Of a stretch of DNA of 64,000 nt, positions 38,963 through 48,509 are shown in pieces (position 1 is the stretch's first letter; each line of letters opens with the position of its first letter). The notes below the pieces were generated by a model. It saw only the letters and a list, made by a program, of their open reading frames with translations. It was not told the DNA's origin and searched no databases. The stretch covers positions 15,400-79,399 of the forward strand of contig JBEBTY010000012.1 in assembly GCA_040393525.1 (NCBI GenBank), in the 5' to 3' direction. The DNA is from Victivallis vadensis (GTDB lineage: Bacteria; Verrucomicrobiota; Lentisphaeria; Victivallales; Victivallaceae). A program made the translations under genes and the position numbers.

Positions 38963-39337
38963 TTTTTTCTCCTTGTGTTTGATCGATTGTCGAAACCGGA
39001 GGGCTGATTTCTCTGCCTGATCCGATGTATTACGACGATTTTACTGCAAACGGCTTGCACAAGCCGATCGTGTCAATGTGGGAATTTGGTGGTGTTAATC
39101 TGGACGGGTAAAATGATGAACTCTATATTGCCCGTGAAAACCGGGGATTACTGCGAAAGGGAAGCCTTGTTCCGTGGATTTTTCAATCACTACGGAAAGA
39201 TCCTGGAGCGATTCCGGTTTTTAAACAGCATCCGAATTTTCTCCTTGGCGGATAAATACGGCTTGAAGGAATATAGCACTCTCAAAGATAATGTCAAATA
39301 AAAAACGGAAACATTAAGATTTATATGGGAATAGAGA

Positions 39338-39375
39338 TAAAAACCGGCATCGTTTTGTGCAGACGATGCCGGTTT
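39338..39375 (-). terminator. Terminator downstream of lpxL
   Basis: AAAAACCGGCATCG...CGATGCCGGTTT. Confidence 0.75.
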
Positions 39376-39397
39376 GAGGCGCGTTGATTTTAAGATG

Positions 39398-40360
39398 TTA
39401 TCGCTGTGAGGCGGGCTTCCAGTCTTTGTATTTTGCCGCCTGTCTGCGATTGATGTTCAGCCAGTGCCGGGGTGTCCAGAGCCACTGAACCGGATCCAGC
39501 ATAATCATCTTCTCCAGTGCGGTCACGGACATTTGAGTGATTACCTGAATGTCTTTCTGCTTATCGCCGGTCGGCGTATAGCGGATCGGTTCCGCAAGAA
39601 TGATCTCAAATTCAAAGTCGGTTCCCGGTTTACGGCGGGTGAGTTCCGGTTGGATCGGCAATCCGGTTTTGAGATGCAGCAGAGCTGGAGATGTATGAAC
39701 CCGGGCGGGCTGACCGAAGAATTCGCATTCGATGCCCTCGTTGCCGGCTGCATGTTGGTCGATCAGCATGGTGATGTTTCGCTTTTCGGCGGCGGCGCGG
39801 AGGATCGGGCGGATGCCTTCGGTTTTATCGATTAATTTATGAAGATCCCCGGCGCGGTGATCCAGAATCTTTTTCCCGATCAGTGGATTTTCAAATGAGC
39901 GCATAAATGAACTCATCGGGCGATTGGCTTGTTCCGAAACAGCGGTTCCCGCCACCTCCCAATTTCCGTAATGAGCGGTGACGATGATACACTGCTCCCA
40001 TTGACCGTCCTCATTGGTCCTGATGTTGCCGGAATGAATCCCTTCCGGGGTGAGGACGCTGATCTTCTCTTTAGAGTAAAGCTGATCCATCTTGACGATT
40101 TCCACAAAGAGTTTTGCGAATTCGAGATAACTTTTCAGCGCAAAACGACGAGCCTCGCGCAGGTCAGTGTAAAGACCGGCATGTATGACGTGTTGAATGG
40201 TTCGCCTTCTGTGGCGGATGTCCACCAGAAAGAGCAACCGGAAAAGAAATCCGGACAACGCATATCCCACACTCAACGGGAGTGCATGAAGGATGCCATA
40301 AAGGACGCAGAATGGAACATATTCCGCGTAGATTCGGAACGTACTTTTTTTCTTTGCCAT
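39398..40360 (-). CDS. lpxL: Lipid A / lysophospholipid acyltransferase (LpxL family)
   Basis: TAHYGNWE, MLIDQH, FFGQPA, PVQWLWTPRHW. Confidence 0.85.
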   Translation of the reverse strand: MAKKKSTFRIYAEYVPFCVLYGILHALPLSVGYALSGFLFRLLFLVDIRHRRRTIQHVIHAGLYTDLREARRFALKSYLEFAKLFVEIVKMDQLYSKEKISVLTPEGIHSGNIRTNEDGQWEQCIIVTAHYGNWEVAGTAVSEQANRPMSSFMRSFENPLIGKKILDHRAGDLHKLIDKTEGIRPILRAAAEKRNITMLIDQHAAGNEGIECEFFGQPARVHTSPALLHLKTGLPIQPELTRRKPGTDFEFEIILAEPIRYTPTGDKQKDIQVITQMSVTALEKMIMLDPVQWLWTPRHWLNINRRQAAKYKDWKPASQR

Positions 40361-40524
40361 CTTAAATCATATATTATCGGTTGATTTGTTTTGCGAAATC
40401 GGATATATTAGTAATATAGATCGATTTTCCGAATCATCCAGCCATTTTGACAGGTTTCTTCGGAAAAAACGCGCAATCTTCAGAAAATGCGCTTCTATAT
40501 TTGTAAAAAACAGGGAAATGCAGA

Positions 40525-40791
40525 ATGATTTACCACTATCAACCCGGCGGCGGCGTTTGCAGCCGTATGATCGAAATTGAAATCGATGATCAGAGCAAAC
40601 GGATCTCACATCTTGAATTCACCGGCGGCTGTCCAGGGAATCTCGCCGGCATCTCCAGCCTGGCGGTCGGTATGGAACCGGAAGAGCTGATTCGGCGGCT
40701 TCAGGGAATTCATTGCGGTGGGAAGTCTACGTCGTGCCCGGATCAGCTCTCCATTGCGCTGAAGCAGATTCTCTCCGGCTCAAACGCATAA
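40525..40791 (+). CDS. TSCPD-domain protein (TIGR03905-like)
   Basis: GVCSRMI, FTGGCPGNL, GIHCGGKSTSCPDQL. Confidence 0.88.
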   Translation: MIYHYQPGGGVCSRMIEIEIDDQSKRISHLEFTGGCPGNLAGISSLAVGMEPEELIRRLQGIHCGGKSTSCPDQLSIALKQILSGSNA

Positions 40792-40809
40792 ACAGTGAGC
40801 CAGCCGGCG

Positions 40810-42051
40810 TCAGGAATCCTGACGCTCTTCCACGCTTTCCCGGTAAAAGTCGGCGAGGCGATTGCTCATTGTCGCGTAGCTGTAACGGGCTGACGCTTCT
40901 CGACGGGCATTGGTGGTTAGCTTCTCTTTTAATCCGTAACGCGAAAGAGTGCGGTAGGCGTTCAGCAAACTGCCGAGATTGTCCGGCTCGAAGAGCAATC
41001 CATTTTCCCCGTCGCGCACAAGCTGCTTAAGCCCGCCGACAGCGGAGGCGATGACCGGGAGTCCCGCGCTCCACGCTTCCAGTGCGACGATGCCGAATGT
41101 TTCATCGCGCGATGGCAGGATAAAGAGATCCGCATCCTGATAGGCCGCGACCAGCCGCTCATCATTGGCTCCAAGCCCCGGGACGATCGTAACGCGGTCT
41201 TCGACTTGGAGCTCCTTGGAGAGTTCCACCAGCTCTTTGACATAGTACTCGGTGCGCGGCGGCCCGATCAGCAGGGCGTGAACATTTTCGTTTTGTTCCG
41301 TCAGTGCCGACACAAAGCGCACCAGCAGTTTCTGATTCTTTCGGTCGTCAATACGGGAAACGCAAAGCAACAGCGTCCGGTAAGGCGGGATATTGAATGC
41401 TTTGCGGACATCGGTTTTCACCGGTGTGGAAAAGCGCTCGAAGTCGACGCCGTTCGGCAGTCGGAGAATCCGCTTCGACGGCCAATGCTCGCGCAAATAA
41501 TCCGCCTCCGCCTCGCCGACACAGACCACGCCGTCAGCGTCGGAAATAAAGCGCCGCCGCCAGCCGTGCATCAGTTGAGCGATCCGACCATAGGCGAATG
41601 TATGCCGCAGTGGCCGCTCCATTTCCCGGCGTTCTTTCTCCGGAATCGCGATTGCGTCGTGATGAAAACTGACGATGTAAGGGATATTGCGCTTCCGCGC
41701 CGCCGCCCGCACCGCCAACCCGAGATAACCGCTGCTGTGCGCGTGAAGCAAATCATGATCCGCGGCCAGCAAATGGTGATAGAGCGGGATTGAAATCGGA
41801 TTTCCCCCGCGACGGTCGAGCCGTTGCCGGTCTTCCGGTGAAAGCGGCCAATAGGGGTAATAATAGGGGAAGCGGCGAATGAGAACCTTGTTGTGTTCCT
41901 CAATGTCCGCGGCGCCTTCGACGGCGGTGCTGAGAATCTCCGAATTGATGTTGTGGGAGTGCATGCCCAAGACGCTGTTCCACAGCGAATCTTCGGTGCC
42001 GCTCCATTCATTGAAAGCGAAGCGTCTCAGGATTTGAGCAGTTTTCAGCAT
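40810..42051 (-). CDS. Glycosyltransferase family 4
   Basis: Start placed at MLKTAQ, overlapping the upstream stop; PNGVD, VSRIDDRKNQ, ETFGIVALEAWSAGLPV. Confidence 0.9.
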   Translation of the reverse strand: MLKTAQILRRFAFNEWSGTEDSLWNSVLGMHSHNINSEILSTAVEGAADIEEHNKVLIRRFPYYYPYWPLSPEDRQRLDRRGGNPISIPLYHHLLAADHDLLHAHSSGYLGLAVRAAARKRNIPYIVSFHHDAIAIPEKERREMERPLRHTFAYGRIAQLMHGWRRRFISDADGVVCVGEAEADYLREHWPSKRILRLPNGVDFERFSTPVKTDVRKAFNIPPYRTLLLCVSRIDDRKNQKLLVRFVSALTEQNENVHALLIGPPRTEYYVKELVELSKELQVEDRVTIVPGLGANDERLVAAYQDADLFILPSRDETFGIVALEAWSAGLPVIASAVGGLKQLVRDGENGLLFEPDNLGSLLNAYRTLSRYGLKEKLTTNARREASARYSYATMSNRLADFYRESVEERQDS

Positions 42052-42881
42052 AGTTTCCCTTCGCTTCCCTGTGCGTCGTTGTTGCCTCGGTAATAGGCAT
42101 AATGTTGAATCAGCCGCCAGGGAATGATTTCCGGTATTGCGGAATAACGTCGTTCGCGCCGTATCGCGTAAAAGTCGTTTCGGGTATCGGTTCCGAATTT
42201 TTGCAGAAACGTGGAGAATGGGAACAACTCCCCGAATGCGATGGCGCGCCATTTGCCGAGCAGATAGTTCCAGTCCCACAAATTGTTCCAGGTCAAAGGC
42301 TGAGAATATTCCACTCGTGCGGGAGGGGTATAGGCGATAATTCGTCCGGCCGCCTCGAGTCGCTTGCTCCATTCCTCGGATACCGCGATCGGAAGGCCTG
42401 CGTGGAGTGGGAATTCGTCAAGCGTTTTCCGGCGGATGGCGGCGGCGGTAAGTGAAAATCTGGGCGAATCGCCGGAGAAGTTCCGCATCGTGTCGCGCCA
42501 GACGGCGAATGGCGCGTCGGGGCAGCTCTCCTGGCCGGCGAATACGGCGGAAACCGATTCGTCTTCCAGGGGTTTCAGCAGGTGTTTCAGATAGTCCGCG
42601 TCAAGCGGACAGGCGTCTGCATGGTTGAATACGACAATTTCGCCGCGACACTCCGGCAACACCCGGTTGAGCACTTCGCCGGGGTGGTGCGGGGTGGCGC
42701 TCTCCGGCATTCGGAATCGGCGCAGTTCCGGGTAATAGTCCAGAATGGCATTGGTGCGGTCGGAAGAGTTGTCGTCGCAGGAGAGGACTTCAAAGTCACG
42801 CCCGTTCTGCGCAAAAATTCCGGCCAATGTGCGGCCAACCCGCTTTTCATTGTTGCGGGAAGAAATCACGATGCTGATCAT
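42045..42881 (-). CDS. Glycosyltransferase family 2
   Basis: ISIVISSRN, DDNSSDRT, VFNHADA (variant DxD). Confidence 0.85.
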   Translation of the reverse strand: MISIVISSRNNEKRVGRTLAGIFAQNGRDFEVLSCDDNSSDRTNAILDYYPELRRFRMPESATPHHPGEVLNRVLPECRGEIVVFNHADACPLDADYLKHLLKPLEDESVSAVFAGQESCPDAPFAVWRDTMRNFSGDSPRFSLTAAAIRRKTLDEFPLHAGLPIAVSEEWSKRLEAAGRIIAYTPPARVEYSQPLTWNNLWDWNYLLGKWRAIAFGELFPFSTFLQKFGTDTRNDFYAIRRERRYSAIPEIIPWRLIQHYAYYRGNNDAQGSEGKLC

Positions 42882-43160
42882 AGACTTGCTGAACTCTTTC
42901 CGGCTTTATGCTGAATCCCGCCGATTTTATCTGGATACTATACATCCATGCGTCCGGTTTTTCAATGATCCGAAGTGAAAATGCGCACGGAGTGTACAAA
43001 AAAAGAAATAAAATAGAAGAAAAGATAGAATCTGTCATCATATGGGGTTGACAATTATCAGGAAAGGATTACTTTGTTTAATATCGGCGTTGTCGCGGAG
43101 TCGCATGGTGCGGTTCTGAAAAACGCCAAAGTTCAATCAACACAAAGGAGATTATTGAAC

Positions 43161-43400
43161 ATGGAAGCGAAGAAAGAAATTTTTGCGGACGGCATCGGAC
43201 AGATTCACTTTGCGGGCGGAATGGTGCGTTTCGACTTCGTTACGCTGCAGCCGAAAGAAGGCGAAAACCCGACCCCCGAAGTCATCCAGCGCGTTATCAT
43301 GCCGCCGCAGGGCTTTCTGAACACCTTCAGCTCGATGCAGCAGCTTATCGACAAGCTCGTCGAAGCCGGTGTGCTCCAGAAGAACGAAAACGACAAGTAA
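43161..43400 (+). CDS. Conserved-looking small hypothetical protein (79 aa)
   Basis: Strong RBS AAAGGAG; upstream TTGACA-16-TACTTT; sequence IFADGIGQIHFAGGMVRFDF...RVIMPPQGF. Confidence 0.75.
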   Translation: MEAKKEIFADGIGQIHFAGGMVRFDFVTLQPKEGENPTPEVIQRVIMPPQGFLNTFSSMQQLIDKLVEAGVLQKNENDK

Positions 43401-43428
43401 GCTGTTGTAAAATCAAGGATTGTTCCAG

Positions 43429-43731
43429 ATGAAATTTTCCGTAAACCAATTGTGGGAAAAGTTAGGCGTTCCGCTTCCGGAACTGTCTATCTCTCTGCCT
43501 GCGCCGGTTTACGCAAGACAGGAACTCCTTCTTAGTTTTACAGGCGAACTCAAAGCCATTCGTTTTCGGATTGTTCCGCATGTATACCCAACTCAGACAA
43601 TTACCGTTTGCGGGTTGTGCGGCAGTTCCAAACCGAATCGCGCCGATGCGCCGGAGTTGAGGCGGATTCCGCAGCGCCGTCGTTTCGATCGGGTCAATCT
43701 TTACGCTTGCAACTGCCGCCTGCGGCTATGA
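43429..43731 (+). CDS. Hypothetical 100-aa protein with CxxC...CxC
   Basis: AAGGA 9 nt before ATG; CGLCG and YACNC motifs; fills otherwise empty space. Confidence 0.35.
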   Translation: MKFSVNQLWEKLGVPLPELSISLPAPVYARQELLLSFTGELKAIRFRIVPHVYPTQTITVCGLCGSSKPNRADAPELRRIPQRRRFDRVNLYACNCRLRL

Positions 43732-44043
43732 GAAAACCCTGGAAATCGTGGTCGGCCTCCGGGCCGGACACGATCTCCGTTGTTTTCCTGCCGATTTCAG
43801 GGGAATGGCATAGCGAAAAGCGGTTCATTGTCGTATCGTGTCGAGCCGCGTTGGGAAAATTGAGTCAATTGCACAAGATGGCAATTGGCTCTTTTCTGTT
43901 TTCTGTACCGTGGTTCTGTAGAAAGACGTTTGGCAAAACAGTTTTTTTCACCGAATTTTACGCTTTTTTATCTGGAAAATCCGGTTGGATGGTGTATTGT
44001 TAAGAGACATGTAATTGTTTCCACGAGAAAGAACTTGACTGAT

Positions 44044-45333
44044 ATGATCGATCTTGCAGAAGACTCCCGCAAAAAAGTTGAACGCGCACTCCTTGTCGGC
44101 ATTCGCACTCCCGATGAAACCGGGGCCGAGGTGCATGAGCATCTCGATGAGCTTGCCGATTTGATTGAGAATCTTGATATCCTTCCACTGGAGCCGGTTG
44201 TTGTCAATCTGCATTCTCCGATGGCGCAGTATTGCGTCGGCACCGGCAAGGCGCAGGAAATTGCGCAACTGATGCAGGAGTGCGAGGCGGATTGTCTGGT
44301 GTTCGACAGCCCGCTCTCTCCTTCGCAACAGCGAAACTGGGAACGATTGACCAAAAGTTGCGTCATCGATCGGGAAGAGATCATTCTTGATATTTTCGGC
44401 GAACGCGCCTCGACCCGTGAAGCGGTTTTGCAGGTGGAGCTTGCCCGTACCCGTTATTCGTTGCCGAGATTGACCCGCGCCTGGACGCATCTTTCCCGTC
44501 AGCGTGGCGGAGCCACCGCCACTCGTGGAGAAGGTGAAACGCAGATCGAGGCCGATCGGCGGATGCTTCGCCGCCGTATCCGGCAGTTGGAAGAAGAGTT
44601 GAAGGTGGTTCGTAAACAGCGCGATACTCAGCGGAAATCGAGGCGGCGCAATCTGGTACCGCACGGAGCGATTGTCGGGTATACGAACGTCGGCAAGTCC
44701 TCGTTGTTGCGCCAGCTTTCCGGTTCCGAGATTTTGGTGAAAGATCAGTTGTTTGCCACGCTGGACCCGACGACAAGGCGAGTGTTGCTGGAGGATAACC
44801 TTGAACTTTTGCTGACCGATACGGTCGGCTTTGTCCGCAAACTGCCGCATGCGCTGGTGGAGGCGTTTAAATCGACGTTGGAAGAAGCGGTGTTGGCGGA
44901 TTTCCTGCTTCTGGTATTGGATATCGCCTCTCCGCAGTTGGATGCTCAGTGGGAGACGACGCTCTCGGTGCTGAAAGAACTCGGAGCGGATGAAAAAAAG
45001 ATTTTAGTCGTATTCAACAAACTGGATTTGATCGACCGCGAATCGGAAACGGTTCTTCTGGCGCGGCTGAACGGACTGTTCCCCGGGGCATTCTATGTTT
45101 CCACCCGAACGGGGGAGGGGATTGATGCGCTGAAGAAGCGGCTTACGGCGATTGCAGCGGAGAATTTTCAGCTTCTCCGGGTTAAACTTCCGCCGGAACG
45201 CCACGATCTTGCCGCGCTCGCCCATGCCAGTGGTCGTATTTTTGAAGAGAATTACAACGAGCAGGGCGAATTGGAGCTGGTGTTGACCATCGGCCCGGTG
45301 CATCGGCATAAATTTCTGGAGTATTCGATATGA
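44044..45333 (+). CDS. hflX: GTPase HflX
   Basis: IDREEIILDIF, QVELAR, RGEGETQIEADRR, VGYTNVGKSSL, LFATLDPT, DTVGF, NKLD. Confidence 0.96.
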   Translation: MIDLAEDSRKKVERALLVGIRTPDETGAEVHEHLDELADLIENLDILPLEPVVVNLHSPMAQYCVGTGKAQEIAQLMQECEADCLVFDSPLSPSQQRNWERLTKSCVIDREEIILDIFGERASTREAVLQVELARTRYSLPRLTRAWTHLSRQRGGATATRGEGETQIEADRRMLRRRIRQLEEELKVVRKQRDTQRKSRRRNLVPHGAIVGYTNVGKSSLLRQLSGSEILVKDQLFATLDPTTRRVLLEDNLELLLTDTVGFVRKLPHALVEAFKSTLEEAVLADFLLLVLDIASPQLDAQWETTLSVLKELGADEKKILVVFNKLDLIDRESETVLLARLNGLFPGAFYVSTRTGEGIDALKKRLTAIAAENFQLLRVKLPPERHDLAALAHASGRIFEENYNEQGELELVLTIGPVHRHKFLEYSI

Positions 45334-48233
45334 AACGCTGTTTCCTTTTCATCTGCCTGCTGGCTGTATTGCCGTTTCTTTCCGGTGCGGCGAAGAACGC
45401 CTGGGATATCTGGCGCGAAGGGTATGAAACCTACCAGAAGGGCGAAGCGGCCCGCGATCGCGGCGAATACTCCAAGGCGGCCGAGTTATTTCAAAAGTCC
45501 CTCGGCCTTTACCGCGAAATCCAGCGGCAGCGTCCGGATTGGGATCAGAGCATTATTCAGAAGCGGATCGCAGATAGTGAGCGAGAACTCAGCAGTGTCC
45601 GCCAGTTGCTGGGGATTGCCGACGTCCCCGTCGATGATGCGCCGAAGCCGACGCCTCAGGGGGCTGCGCCGGCCGGCGTCGATTTTGTGGATCAGGAGAG
45701 CCGAAAACGCGAGCTGGAGATCTACCGGAAGAAGATCGTCGATTTGACCGTGGAAAATGATCAGCTGCGCAAAGAGGCCGAACGCCTTAAGACCAACGAA
45801 GTCGATGCGCTGAAACTCCTGAAAGAGCAACGTGTTCTGCGCGAAAACCTCACTCTCCTTGAGCAGCAGAACCGGACGCTGGAAAAACAGTTGCAGGAGC
45901 CGGAAACCCGGGTAGAGGCGCTCCATAAGCAGATGGTGGAGGGGCAGCTTGCGTTTGACTTGCTCTCCAAGCGTTTTCAACTTGCCGAGGCCAGAGCGCA
46001 GAAGCTGGACGGTGAAATCACCGAGCTGAATCTGCAGAAAACCAAGGCCGAAACCGAACTGAAAACTTCCGCGACCGAAGTCACTCGTTTGAGTCGTGAA
46101 CTCGAAGAGTTGCGTAATTTCCGCGATGCCGCAGTCAAGCAACGTACCGCGCAGGAGGCCGCCGTGAAAGAGGCGGAGTTGAAGCTGAAGAACCTGACGA
46201 CGAAGCTGGCGACGCAGACCGAAGAAGTTGTGGTCTTGAATCGTCGTCTTGCCGCCGCAGCGGTTGCCGGGGGCGGAACAGATAAACTGAATGCGGAACT
46301 GTTGACGGAAAATGCAAAGTTCAAAGCCGAAGCCGCTGCCGCCCGGAAAGCGCTGGACGCCTCGGCGGAAGAGCTGCTGGCGTTGCAGAACAAGCACCGT
46401 GCCGCACAGCTTGAAGTGGTTCAGCAGAAAGAAGTTTTGCTGCGTATTGAAACACTCCGCCTCGCACTGGAAAAAGGAAACGCCACATTGACCAAAGAAT
46501 TGGAGCGCGAACGCGCCTCCGCCGAGCTGTCGAGCGTGGAGCTGAAGACGTTGCGTGAGCGTAACGCGAAGTTGGAAGAAGATATGAAGAGCTGGAGCGA
46601 ACGTTGCGCCCGGCTGGAGAAACAACTGAAGACGCAGAATACCGCCGCGACAGCAGGAATCGCCCAGAGTGAAGAGGAGAATCTGAAGCAGGCGAAAGAG
46701 CTGAAGTCACTGAAGGATCAGTTGAAAACGCAGGATGAAGAGCTGAAAGTTCTGACGACGCAAAGCGCTTCTCGTGGCAAAGCGTTGGAAGCCGCCAATG
46801 CGGAGCTGGCGCAAAGTCAGGCTGCGTTGCTTTTAGCCGAAGACAAGTTGAAAAAAACTCAGGAAACAGAAACCGGCCTGGCGGAAGCGCAGGCGCGTCT
46901 TGCCAAGTTGGAACCGGAGTTGGAGCGTTTTCGGAACGACGTTCCCGCCATGCGGAAAGAACTTGCCGCCGGTCAACAGGTGGCGGAGGAGTTGAAGGTT
47001 GCTCAAACCTCGCTGGACACCGCGAAAAAGCGTCTGGCGGAGTTGGAGAAACTTTCCAGCCGATTGGTGGAGGAGCAGAAAAACAACCAGGCGCTTTCTG
47101 AAAAGAACCGAGCGTTGGCGGAAACGTTGGCCAAATTGCAGGAGGATTCCGCTAAGCCGCGTCCGTCGGCGCCGCAGCCGACGGTTCCGGAGCCGCTTTT
47201 GCCGGGAGCCCCTGCGGACACTACTCCATTGACCGACCGGAAACCGGCGGATCTGATTGCCGCGGGGCGCAAAGAAGAGGCCGCAGAGCGCTGGGATGTG
47301 GCGATCTGGAACTACGATGCGGCATTGGCGCAGGAGCCGGAGAACAAGGAAGCCGCCATTCGGCTGGGAGCGCTGGTGCTTCGGCGCGGTGAATTCGCCC
47401 GTGCAGAAGTGCTTCTGTCCAAGGCTGCTCGGCGTAGTCCGAACGATGCGGTTCTTGCGGCATTGTACGCGGAAGCGTTGACTGGCCTTGACAAATACGG
47501 CAACGCCTTGTCGGTTTTGGAAAAGCCGTTGTCATTGAATCCGAACGATTTTCGCCTTCGCCTTGTTCAGGCGAAGGCATTGGCGGGCAGCGGTCGGAAA
47601 GATGCGGCAATGCAGGGGTTTCAAACCGCAGCGAAACTCAACCCGTCCGCTCCGGAGCCAAACCTTGAAATGGCTCGTCTGGTACTTGCGGACGGAAAGG
47701 AAAAAGAGGCAGCAGATTATTACCGTCAGGCTCGCGACCTGGGAGCCAAGCCGGATTCGGAGCTGGAACCGAAGCTGGGGAAACTACTGGCCGAACACCG
47801 GGAACTGGCGGAATTCATGTCCACTGCCGCTGCGGAAGCAGCGAGGAATGAAGACTGGACGAGTGCTTTGTGGTACTATCGGCAGCTGAATGAAATCGAT
47901 CGGGGCAACGCCCGGATTCCGCTCCGTATGGCCTATAGCCATATTCAGACGGAAAATTATGCGCAGGCGCTGGAAATTTTGACGCTGAATCCACCGTCGA
48001 CGGAAGGTGATATTTTACGGATCGTTACCTTCTTGAAACAGAACGACTTCGCTGCTGCTCGCGCTGCGGCGGAAGACGCACTGAAGCGCAACGGTGGCAA
48101 ACCGCTCGAATGGAGCGACGATTGGCCGGAATTGAAAGCTACTTTTGTCGAGCTGCGCAAAAACCCTGAGCTGAACCAGTCCGTTGCCGGAATGGAGTGC
48201 GAAAAGGTATTCGGGAAGCTGTTTTTGGAGTAA
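45330..48233 (+). CDS. Secreted TPR / long coiled-coil / TPR protein
   Basis: Signal peptide, N-terminal TPR, long heptad-rich region, Pro-rich linker, C-terminal TPRs; ATGA overlap with hflX. Confidence 0.8.
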   Translation: MKRCFLFICLLAVLPFLSGAAKNAWDIWREGYETYQKGEAARDRGEYSKAAELFQKSLGLYREIQRQRPDWDQSIIQKRIADSERELSSVRQLLGIADVPVDDAPKPTPQGAAPAGVDFVDQESRKRELEIYRKKIVDLTVENDQLRKEAERLKTNEVDALKLLKEQRVLRENLTLLEQQNRTLEKQLQEPETRVEALHKQMVEGQLAFDLLSKRFQLAEARAQKLDGEITELNLQKTKAETELKTSATEVTRLSRELEELRNFRDAAVKQRTAQEAAVKEAELKLKNLTTKLATQTEEVVVLNRRLAAAAVAGGGTDKLNAELLTENAKFKAEAAAARKALDASAEELLALQNKHRAAQLEVVQQKEVLLRIETLRLALEKGNATLTKELERERASAELSSVELKTLRERNAKLEEDMKSWSERCARLEKQLKTQNTAATAGIAQSEEENLKQAKELKSLKDQLKTQDEELKVLTTQSASRGKALEAANAELAQSQAALLLAEDKLKKTQETETGLAEAQARLAKLEPELERFRNDVPAMRKELAAGQQVAEELKVAQTSLDTAKKRLAELEKLSSRLVEEQKNNQALSEKNRALAETLAKLQEDSAKPRPSAPQPTVPEPLLPGAPADTTPLTDRKPADLIAAGRKEEAAERWDVAIWNYDAALAQEPENKEAAIRLGALVLRRGEFARAEVLLSKAARRSPNDAVLAALYAEALTGLDKYGNALSVLEKPLSLNPNDFRLRLVQAKALAGSGRKDAAMQGFQTAAKLNPSAPEPNLEMARLVLADGKEKEAADYYRQARDLGAKPDSELEPKLGKLLAEHRELAEFMSTAAAEAARNEDWTSALWYYRQLNEIDRGNARIPLRMAYSHIQTENYAQALEILTLNPPSTEGDILRIVTFLKQNDFAAARAAAEDALKRNGGKPLEWSDDWPELKATFVELRKNPELNQSVAGMECEKVFGKLFLE

Positions 48234-48301
48234 AAAAGCTGAAAAAACCATGAGGCGGATTTGCTTTTCTGTAAATCCGCGGTATAGTAATATTATCACG
48301 A

Positions 48302-48375
48302 GGCGTGGTAGCCAAGAGGTTAGGCAGCGGTCTGCAAAATCGTTTAGACCGGTTCGATTCCGGTCCACGCCTCCA
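48302..48375 (+). tRNA. tRNA-Cys (GCA)
   Basis: Acceptor stem GGCGTGG/CCACGCC, anticodon loop CTGCAAA, GGTTCGATTCC T-arm, U discriminator, encoded CCA; upstream TTGCTT-16-TATAGT. Confidence 0.96.
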
Positions 48376-48393
48376 TTTTTTTGCCCTGATTTT
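48359..48393 (+). repeat. attL core (tRNA-Cys 3' end plus 18 bp)
   Basis: TCCGGTCCACGCCTCCA-T7-GCCCTGATTTT, repeated at 56558-56593. Confidence 0.92.
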
Positions 48394-48445
48394 CGACTCT
48401 TCTCCCCTCAACTGCTTGCACATACATCAGGCGGCGCAATGCTTG

Positions 48446-48488
48446 TGAGGCACAAACTGTGACACAACTGTGACACAGGTGAGGCACA
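48446..48488 (+). repeat. Left arm-type repeat array, 4 x TGWGRCACA
   Basis: Units start at 48446, 48458, 48469 and 48480. Confidence 0.85.
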
Positions 48489-48509
48489 ATCGCACACGCC
48501 ACCGGAAAG

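Noticed and set aside
40490-40506. Possible NrdR box upstream of the TSCPD gene
   Set aside because: One base short of the consensus spacing and no second tandem box.
42052-42372. N-terminal 107 aa of the tracked GT4 ORF
   Set aside because: Overlaps the GT2 gene in another frame; the ATG at 42051 overlapping the GT2 stop is the better start.
43590-43860. tmRNA, SRP, RNase P, 6S or cobalamin riboswitch
   Set aside because: No diagnostic termini or conserved core found by eye; kept only as an unclassified structured region.
48446-48488. CRISPR array or plasmid iterons
   Set aside because: Units are 9 bp with 2-3 bp gaps, there are no spacers or cas genes, and the placement at both att junctions fits recombinase arm sites better.
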